Shown here: positions 57,382-64,000 of the stretch, in pieces
Layout: every line of letters starts with the position of its first letter
How positions within the stretch are numbered: position 1 is the first letter of the stretch
Source of the DNA: a virus
Direction: 5' to 3' (one strand)
Length of the DNA: 64,000 nt
Virus record (IMG/VR): IMGVR_UViG_3300049893_003686
Notes under the pieces: model-generated
Database searches by the model: none
Told to the model about the DNA's origin: nothing
The model's input: only the letters and a program-made list of their open reading frames with translations
Position numbers and translations under genes: made by a program

Positions 57382-58239
57382 ATGACAAAGATCAATTCTT
57401 TAAATATAGAGCGCATTTATCCGCTAAAGCCTCAACCTAATATACATAATATCTTAGTTATAGGCTGCGGCGGAACAGGCAGCTATATAGTTCCTAATCT
57501 AGTAAGACTGGCGGTAAATGGCAAGCATCCAGTATGTATCACACTTGCTGATGCTGATATTGTTGAGCATAAGAATCTTATTAGGCAGAATTTCATCAAA
57601 TCAGATATAGGTAGAAATAAAGCAGAAGTTCTTGCAAGCAGATACTCTGCTGCATTCGGCACACAGCTTCAATTTATTCCAAAATACCTAGAGACAGCAG
57701 AAGCCATCGGCACAGCTTTATCTAAAGCTCAGATTAATAACATCTCCTATGGAAAGGCAACCCCGCTAATTATTTCGTGCGTCGATAATATTAAATCACG
57801 AAAGAAAATGATTGAGGCTCTGACACTGCATTACCCACGTGGAGCATATATAATTGATTGCGGAAATGAAGAGATGACCGGACAGGTGCTGCTGACATGC
57901 CTTACTACTACTAATACTCCAGCTGCCGGGCTCTATAGCACTCCGCATCTTTTTCAGTTATTTCCTGAATTAAATGAGAGGGAGAAGAATGATAAACTAG
58001 CTAGTGAATTAAGTTGCGCAGAGCTAGCAGAGTCATCAGAACAATTTGGGTTCGTAAATCTTAATGCGGCCACAATTGCTCTAAATTTCATTCATATGTT
58101 GTTAAATAGAAGCCATATATCAACATATATGACTGAGTTTTCAATAGAAAATAAATTCTCTCAGCGCTCTCTTAAAGAATCCGCCCTTAAATCTTGGGCA
58201 TCGTTTGGCCTAAATCCAGATATTGCTACAGTTAAATGA
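57382..58239 (+). CDS. E1-like (ThiF/MoeB/Uba family) adenylyltransferase.
   Basis: Rossmann ILVIGCGGTGSY plus LADADIVEHKNLIRQ (DxDxVexSNLnRQ E1 signature) plus CVDNIKSRK. RBS AAGGTG. Confidence 0.8.
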   Translation: MTKINSLNIERIYPLKPQPNIHNILVIGCGGTGSYIVPNLVRLAVNGKHPVCITLADADIVEHKNLIRQNFIKSDIGRNKAEVLASRYSAAFGTQLQFIPKYLETAEAIGTALSKAQINNISYGKATPLIISCVDNIKSRKKMIEALTLHYPRGAYIIDCGNEEMTGQVLLTCLTTTNTPAAGLYSTPHLFQLFPELNEREKNDKLASELSCAELAESSEQFGFVNLNAATIALNFIHMLLNRSHISTYMTEFSIENKFSQRSLKESALKSWASFGLNPDIATVK

Positions 58240-58253
58240 CAGGAGTATAACTG

Positions 58254-58994
58254 ATGCGGAGCCTCACCTTTGCAGAAAAATACACGTTCACATCGGACTT
58301 CTCTCCACTTAACATGAGTTTGATAGCGCAAACAGAATCAAAGGAGCTTGCAAGAAAATACTTCTTTACAAAATACTTTGTACCATTAGCCTTAACTGCC
58401 TGGTATCAAGTAGAAGATTTTTCGCCGGCGGATAAATCACATTGTATTTCAATTGAGTTATCTCACAGTGAAAATGGGCTAATGCCTATATTATCTTTTA
58501 TAAAGACAATCACATCAGACAGAACTCATTTCCCTAAAGAGATCTATGAAAAGATATGTAGAATGGTATTTACGAAGCACACGCCTGATACATGGCTTGT
58601 AAATCATGATCAAAACATTAATTTCGACAGAATCCTACATTCAGTCTTTCACGATTGTCTTCCTGAAGAAGGTAAAAATATTTTCAATACAATGCTTGGC
58701 TCTATTAGACGAGCATATATCGGAACTTTGGGTGGATATAAAGTTTCACTCAGTATCATGGTCAAGACGAAGGACAAAGTTCCCTCTCAGCGTGCCCTAT
58801 TTAATCAAGCAGTGCATAAATCGGACCCATTAATCCTAGTTAATTCACAGAAATATAATAAAATGTTTAATGAAATTACTGGTAAATGGGCATCTCCTTG
58901 TAACAAATCATCCGAAAGCATATGCGCAGCATGTAATGCTATATATAACAGTCCAGCTGCTGATAATGCCTATGATGATCCTACAATAACATGA
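58254..58994 (+). CDS. Hypothetical protein, last gene of the E1 operon (C-terminal Cys cluster).
   Basis: 246-aa ORF, 15 nt after E1. Motif CNKSSESICAACN. Confidence 0.5.
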   Translation: MRSLTFAEKYTFTSDFSPLNMSLIAQTESKELARKYFFTKYFVPLALTAWYQVEDFSPADKSHCISIELSHSENGLMPILSFIKTITSDRTHFPKEIYEKICRMVFTKHTPDTWLVNHDQNINFDRILHSVFHDCLPEEGKNIFNTMLGSIRRAYIGTLGGYKVSLSIMVKTKDKVPSQRALFNQAVHKSDPLILVNSQKYNKMFNEITGKWASPCNKSSESICAACNAIYNSPAADNAYDDPTIT

Positions 58995-59000
58995 GGATAT

Positions 59001-59459
59001 ATGCTATTACAATTTTTGAAATTAGATAAAGATGTAGTGCTCCCATCGCGTAAGAATATATCAGACGCAGGAGCTGATATACAGTGGTTTTCTCCAGATG
59101 AAAGAACTTTGAATTTAGAACCAGGTAAAAGTGTGAAGCTCAAAACTGGACTAAAGGTTCATGTTCCGCATGGTTATGCCCTAATCGTAATGAATAGGTC
59201 TGGAATTGCTTCCGATAAGGTCCTTAAGGTAGGAGCTCAGGTAATAGATCCGGGTTATAGCGGAGAGATTATGGTAAACCTCCATAATGACGGACTTACA
59301 ACTCAAGTCATCTCCCATGGTGAGCGGATAGCTCAGCTATTATTAATGCCAGTAGTACACTTTAATGCATTCGAATGCTCTTCTGAAGAAGAGCTATACG
59401 CTACTCCGCTGTATATATCTAAGCGTGGAACTGGGGGTTTTGGTTCCAGTGGGGAGTGA
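59001..59459 (+). CDS. dut: dUTP diphosphatase (dUTPase).
   Basis: Motifs AGADI, RSGIA, VIDPGYSGEIMVNL, and motif 5 RGTGGFGSSG. Confidence 0.85.
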   Translation: MLLQFLKLDKDVVLPSRKNISDAGADIQWFSPDERTLNLEPGKSVKLKTGLKVHVPHGYALIVMNRSGIASDKVLKVGAQVIDPGYSGEIMVNLHNDGLTTQVISHGERIAQLLLMPVVHFNAFECSSEEELYATPLYISKRGTGGFGSSGE

Positions 59460-61075
59460 TGTCTCTAATATCGAAATACCCATTCCAATCCTTTAGGCCA
59501 TATGCAGAAGATGCATTGCGCGATGCTGAGGGTGCTTTTAATTCAGGTAAAAGATTTGTACTTATAAATGCACCTACTGGTTCAGGGAAATCAGGTATTG
59601 CAGTAGCTTTTGCGCGCCACTTTAAATCAGCAATTTTAACTCCAACTAAAGTGCTTCAGAATCAATATGCTGATACTAAAGAGTTTGGAACTGAGTATGC
59701 TATATTTGGTAAAAATAATTACAGATGCGGCCTTAAAGCCTTTAAACATCTTACTGTAGATCAGGCGATATGTTGTTCTGATGCCGCTACTATAGAATAT
59801 GCTGATTTAACAGACTGGAGCAAAGAGTTAAGTTCAGAGAAATTACCCTCGGTAGCACTTAAGTCAAAATGCAAAAGTGCAGACATATGCCCATATTATA
59901 GTTTAATATCTAATATCCCTACTAGACCAGGACCAATAGTCAACTATGATCTGTTCTTTCATCTAAAAAAGAATCCTATTAATTCTCGTGATGGAATAGA
60001 TTTTGGTGAAAATATAGTTTTTGACGAGGCGCATCATATTTTGTCAAAAGCAAGATCTATATTTGGCTATAAAATTATAGAATCTGTGGCCGAGAAGCTT
60101 TTAGGACAAGCAGCTAAGCGCAATAAAGGGGAGACTCCAGCACAATGGTTAGCTCGACATGTAATGCTATCAGCAGAAGCTTTAAAGAGCGAATGCGATA
60201 TTAAGGCAGCGCCTGAGCTGCAAAAATTTTATTTAAACGCATCTTTTATCTCCCAGCTTGAAATAGATGATGAGAGAAAATTTTTTATAGATGACAGAGG
60301 TACTGAAGTAGATATTAAGCCGGTCAACTTCAAATACCTAAAAAATTTAATCTTCTATCCCTTCAAAAAGATACTTCTTCTCTCAGCCACCTTTCCGAAA
60401 AACTTCTGTGAGATATTCAATATATCAAATGATGAGATGGAAGCTATAGACATCCCATCATCCTTTAGCAAGGAAAGAAGACCTCTCGTTTTTGTCAAAA
60501 ATCTTCCATCACTAAACTATAAATCCGAATTGAGTGACACTCATCCTACGATCGTAGCCCTTAAAACAATTGTAGAAAAACATTCTGAAGATAAAGGAAT
60601 TATTCATTGTTCCAGCTACTCTTTCTTCAAGCAATTGAAGAGAGTGTTGAAAAGTGACAAAAGATTTTTGTGGGTAGAACAAGGTGATAATAAAAGCAGG
60701 TATTTAGCAAGACATGCCTCGACAAAAGATAACTCAGTGTTAGTTTCAGCTGCTATGCTAGAGGGTGTTGACCTAAAGGACAATCTAGCTAGATTCCAGA
60801 TTATGCTAAAGCTGCCATTTCCTAGTTTGGATGATTATATGCGTCGCATGATGTCATTATATGATAACTACTATGATAACGAGGTTGCAATGTCTATACT
60901 TCAAGCTTATGGCAGAGCGGTACGATCTGATACGGACTATGCGACGTTTTATATTCTAGATGGGGCATTTTATAAATTTCTCAGTAGAAAAGAGATTTTA
61001 TCGCATTATGCAGTAGAAGCTCTTCACTCTATAACAACAAACGATCTTGATAAAATCAAGATATTAATAGGATAG
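59456..61075 (+). CDS. SF2 DNA helicase, DinG/XPD (Rad3)-like with an Fe-S domain.
   Basis: Walker A NAPTGSGKSGIA. A 4-Cys cluster (CGLK...CCSD...CKSADIC) lies between motifs I and II. DEAH box FDEAHH. Motif VI QAYGRAVRS. Confidence 0.7.
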   Translation: MMSLISKYPFQSFRPYAEDALRDAEGAFNSGKRFVLINAPTGSGKSGIAVAFARHFKSAILTPTKVLQNQYADTKEFGTEYAIFGKNNYRCGLKAFKHLTVDQAICCSDAATIEYADLTDWSKELSSEKLPSVALKSKCKSADICPYYSLISNIPTRPGPIVNYDLFFHLKKNPINSRDGIDFGENIVFDEAHHILSKARSIFGYKIIESVAEKLLGQAAKRNKGETPAQWLARHVMLSAEALKSECDIKAAPELQKFYLNASFISQLEIDDERKFFIDDRGTEVDIKPVNFKYLKNLIFYPFKKILLLSATFPKNFCEIFNISNDEMEAIDIPSSFSKERRPLVFVKNLPSLNYKSELSDTHPTIVALKTIVEKHSEDKGIIHCSSYSFFKQLKRVLKSDKRFLWVEQGDNKSRYLARHASTKDNSVLVSAAMLEGVDLKDNLARFQIMLKLPFPSLDDYMRRMMSLYDNYYDNEVAMSILQAYGRAVRSDTDYATFYILDGAFYKFLSRKEILSHYAVEALHSITTNDLDKIKILIG

Positions 61076-61081
61076 TCAAGA

Positions 61082-61327
61082 ATGAATAAGGCAATTGTAA
61101 AAAAGATGCTATTTGTTGCAACAGTTGGCGGTCTAGCAGTATTAGGGCTGCATGCACAGAAATATATTAGATTATTTCTAGCTTTTAGAGGAAAGAGTGC
61201 AGCTACAGAAGAGCGCACTGATTCAGACAGCAATGATGATTACTTAGATGATTTGATTAATTCTGGTGAGGCAGTCAAGGTGCGTATTGTGTCCACACCA
61301 GATGATGAGGACGGCGCTGCAGATTGA
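61082..61327 (+). CDS. Small membrane-anchored acidic protein.
   Basis: 81-aa ORF with TM helix KKMLFVATVGGLAVLGL. Confidence 0.4.
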   Translation: MNKAIVKKMLFVATVGGLAVLGLHAQKYIRLFLAFRGKSAATEERTDSDSNDDYLDDLINSGEAVKVRIVSTPDDEDGAAD

Positions 61328-61353
61328 TTAACTGGAGGATGAGGAGGTGATAG

Positions 61354-62775
61354 ATGGAACGAGATTGGCGAAAAACATTGACTAGAGTGGTAAATCAGCT
61401 CAATAGGCCTATAGTTAGAAATCTGTCTAAATTCTCATTTCTCCTTCTTGAGACACTTGATATGGTCAAGCGACGTGATCCGATAACGATCACAGCCGCA
61501 GGACTAAGCATGGCCAATGCTATAGCAGAATCGTTTAATCTACCACAACTAACTCCACTAGAATCATATCTGGCTACACTAGATATTGAGCGCGGATATG
61601 GATATTTACCACAATTAGTATTCACTTCCAATCTATTCTCTTCTTTAGACAAAGAAGTCATATTCGCCTCAGAACATGAGGAATTAATAGAGCTCAGGCC
61701 TACAAAAGACAGCTCGCTGTATATTATTCAATATAAAAATACAACAGATTCATATAAGCAGCTAAGAAGAGATGATGTTGGAATGGATTTCTTCTATTCC
61801 AGTACATTAGATTTTAACCTTCTATTTGATAAATTATGGAGCTTATACCCATTTGGAATTTTTTTAAAGAGGAATAAACAGACACAAACTCTAGAGCTAA
61901 AATCACTACCAGCAACAACACCAGAGTATGTAGGTAAGTATAATTTAGAAGAGTTTTGTGCAAGATTAAAGAAAGCACATGATGAGGGAATCTCAAGGTC
62001 TTTCCTATTTCACGGACCTCCTGGTGTAGGAAAAACAACATCAGTATTACAGATAGCGTATAGGCATTTCAATAGAATTATTAAAATAGATCCCGCTATT
62101 GCCAGAACATTAGAGACCGGTGAATTAGAATTCTTCATCAATCAGCTTAAGCCACAAATTATTGTTTTTGAAGACTTTGATAGGGCATATAATTCTGTTG
62201 ACGTGGCGCTATTTATGATAGAAAATATAAAGCAGTCACATCCAGATGTTGCCATATTTGCAACAGTGAATAATCTCAATAAGTTAGACTCAGCGCTATT
62301 GAGACCCGGCAGATTTGATAAATTAATGTACTTCGGCTATCCTCAAGATCATGAATACGAGGCGATAGTTGATATGTACTTCAGCAAATACAATGCATCT
62401 GTAACGAAAGAGCAGAGATTACAGATAGCTTCCAGTGTTATAGGTTTAAGTCCAGCATATCTTAAAGAACTAGCTATAGAGAGTAGAAATTTTTCTGAAA
62501 CATCATTTGATCAAGAATTAGCCGATGCTATTGATGAGTATAAGCAGAGAATAGCTAGAGAAAAGTTAGATTTTGAAAATGCGGCCGAGGTAGATTCAAC
62601 TGAAGAAAATGATTCTGCTAGTGAAAACTTACGAACAATAGATATAGATGAAGGCTTGTCTTTGCTTAGTGAGATAAAGGCCGGACTATCTTCAGAAGAT
62701 TGGGAATCTCTTAAAGATCAACTCGTTGAGATGTATGCTAGAGATGCAGATCCGGAACAAATAAAGGAATTATAA
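61354..62775 (+). CDS. AAA-family ATPase (classic AAA clade).
   Basis: Walker A FHGPPGVGKTT. Walker B IIVFEDFD. Second region of homology / sensor ATVNNLNKLDSALLRPGRFD. Confidence 0.8.
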   Translation: MERDWRKTLTRVVNQLNRPIVRNLSKFSFLLLETLDMVKRRDPITITAAGLSMANAIAESFNLPQLTPLESYLATLDIERGYGYLPQLVFTSNLFSSLDKEVIFASEHEELIELRPTKDSSLYIIQYKNTTDSYKQLRRDDVGMDFFYSSTLDFNLLFDKLWSLYPFGIFLKRNKQTQTLELKSLPATTPEYVGKYNLEEFCARLKKAHDEGISRSFLFHGPPGVGKTTSVLQIAYRHFNRIIKIDPAIARTLETGELEFFINQLKPQIIVFEDFDRAYNSVDVALFMIENIKQSHPDVAIFATVNNLNKLDSALLRPGRFDKLMYFGYPQDHEYEAIVDMYFSKYNASVTKEQRLQIASSVIGLSPAYLKELAIESRNFSETSFDQELADAIDEYKQRIAREKLDFENAAEVDSTEENDSASENLRTIDIDEGLSLLSEIKAGLSSEDWESLKDQLVEMYARDADPEQIKEL

Positions 62776-63593
62776 TGGCCAAGCCTTTTCTAAAGTGGGC
62801 TGGCGGAAAAACTCAGCTGCTCGAAGAGATCCTCTCTCGCCCACCAGAATCATATAGCAGATACATTGAGCCAATGGTCGGCGGAGGTGCGGTCTTCTTC
62901 TCACTTGCATCAAGAAATAATCCGCCAGAATCAGTAATTAATGATTTAAATGCAGAATTGATAAATGCTTATAGACAGATAAAGGCAAATCCAAACCTGG
63001 TAATAGAAGAATTGCAGGCTCTTGCACAAAATTCTGAAACATATTATCATATTAGAGATGCTGAGCGCTCACCAGAATTCTTGACGTGGGAGCTGCATAA
63101 GAAGGCGGCCAGAACTATCTACCTTAATAAATTAGGATTTAATGGTCTATATAGAGTTAATTCATCGGGATTTTTTAACGTGCCCTTCGGCAAGAGATCC
63201 GGTATTGATTTTAATTCTACAAATATACTAGCCGCATCTGAGGCGCTCCAGAGTTGTGAGATCATGAATGTCTCATATGTTGATATATTACAACACATTT
63301 TACCTGGTGACTGGGTGTACTTGGATCCACCGTACCTACCTATTAATGAGACATCTAACTTTACGCAATATACTGCAGGTGGCTTTGATATAACGGATCA
63401 TAGAGCGCTAAGACAATTCTGTGATACTATAACAGAGCGCGGCGCTAAATTTACTTTATCAAATGCCCATTCTAATCAAATAATTGAACTATATAGTAAT
63501 TATAATATTTCTGTTGTTTTTGCTAAAAGAAGCATTAATAAAAACGGTGCGCGCAGAGGCGCCATCCCTGAAGTAATAATTAGAAATTTTTAA
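62775..63593 (+). CDS. dam: DNA adenine methyltransferase (Dam, D12-class N6-MTase).
   Basis: N-terminal PFLKWAGGKTQLLEEI and catalytic DPPY (YLDPPYLP). Confidence 0.85.
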   Translation: MAKPFLKWAGGKTQLLEEILSRPPESYSRYIEPMVGGGAVFFSLASRNNPPESVINDLNAELINAYRQIKANPNLVIEELQALAQNSETYYHIRDAERSPEFLTWELHKKAARTIYLNKLGFNGLYRVNSSGFFNVPFGKRSGIDFNSTNILAASEALQSCEIMNVSYVDILQHILPGDWVYLDPPYLPINETSNFTQYTAGGFDITDHRALRQFCDTITERGAKFTLSNAHSNQIIELYSNYNISVVFAKRSINKNGARRGAIPEVIIRNF

Positions 63594-63594
63594 T

Positions 63595-64000
63595 ATGATA
63601 AAAGAGATTTCTTATGGCATAATTCCTGTTAGAGATGGGAAGGTACTACTTCTACGCTCATATCATATATGGGACTTTCCTAAGGGTAAGCCTAATCCGT
63701 CAGAAAGTCATATTAATACCGCAGTGCGCGAATTGCGCGAAGAGACTTCTCTCGAATCACCATTATTTATCTGGGGATTAGATCATGTAGAATCTATGCC
63801 GTATAAGAAAGGTAAGAAGATAGCGGTATATTTTATAGCATCATGTCCATTTGGGGAGGTACAGTTACTACCAAATCCAGAGTCGGGAATAGTAGAACAT
63901 CACGAGTTTGCATGGTTTTCTCTAGAGAACGCCAAAAGGTTAGTCGGAGATAGGTTGCAGCCAGTAATGAGTTGGATAGAGGAGAGGCTATCTTATGTCG
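63595..64000 (+). CDS. Nudix hydrolase (3'-truncated by the window end).
   Basis: Nudix box GKPNPSESHINTAVRELREETSLE (Gx5Ex7REUxEExGU). Confidence 0.7.
   Translation, partial: MIKEISYGIIPVRDGKVLLLRSYHIWDFPKGKPNPSESHINTAVRELREETSLESPLFIWGLDHVESMPYKKGKKIAVYFIASCPFGEVQLLPNPESGIVEHHEFAWFSLENAKRLVGDRLQPVMSWIEERLSYV

Noticed and set aside
1-64000. Interpretation as a reduced bacterial (endosymbiont or CPR) chromosome, because of IF1, IF3, ClpB, PyrD, OmpA and FtsK
   Set aside because: The IF1/IF3/ClpB/PyrD/OmpA/FtsK genes come with many phage-type genes: a small ATP-dependent ligase, dUTPase, dCMP deaminase, Dam, NadV/NMNAT-Nudix, an HNH-like protein and an M15 endolysin-like peptidase. FtsK and TilS are domain-truncated. 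There is pervasive ATGA coupling, near-uniform + strand coding and a majority of orphan ORFs. There are no ribosomal protein or rRNA genes. A phage origin is favoured, but this remains an inference.

Overview
This is an AT-rich (roughly mid-30s % GC by eye), very gene-dense window that is almost entirely +-strand coded. Many junctions use overlapping ATGA or TGATG stop/start codons. Gene content argues for a segment of a huge (jumbo) bacteriophage genome rather than a cellular chromosome. Phage-type genes present: a small ATP-dependent DNA ligase (KYDGIRC), dUTPase, dCMP deaminase, Dam MTase, an HNH-like protein, an M15 endolysin-like peptidase, NadV plus NMNAT/Nudix, two metallophosphoesterases, a 2H phosphoesterase, a truncated FtsK motor and a truncated TilS. 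Huge-phage style host-like genes present: IF1, IF3, tRNA-Arg(TCT), a duplicated tRNA-like gene, a ClpB disaggregase, Hsp20, a Ro60 (TROVE+vWA) ortholog, PyrD, an aminotransferase, a prohibitin/SPFH protein, an M50 protease, a subtilase, and an OmpA/TSP3 cell-envelope protein. Lipobox and signal peptides point to a bacterial host. The 5' end of the window holds two higher-order tandem repeat arrays of a 9-bp unit (GGGGCTTCT-like) punctuated by a conserved ~50-bp linker that carries SD+ATG and an ATGA overlap. The arrays flank a 1.6-kb ORF-free region containing a ~112-bp direct repeat. The most unusual locus is a contiguous operon at 54.1-59.0 kb encoding a eukaryotic-like ubiquitin-type conjugation set: a UBC-like E2, a JAB/MPN+ isopeptidase with a perfect JAMM motif, a ThiF-like E1, a GC-rich candidate Ubl with its own promoter and terminator, and unknown partners. 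Other notable items are the NadV/NMNAT-Nudix/macro NAD+ salvage cluster, the Ro60 ortholog near candidate structured RNAs, and an aberrant duplicated tRNA-like gene with a CAU anticodon loop beside a TilS-like gene. All calls come from reading motifs in the supplied translations; no database searches were run.
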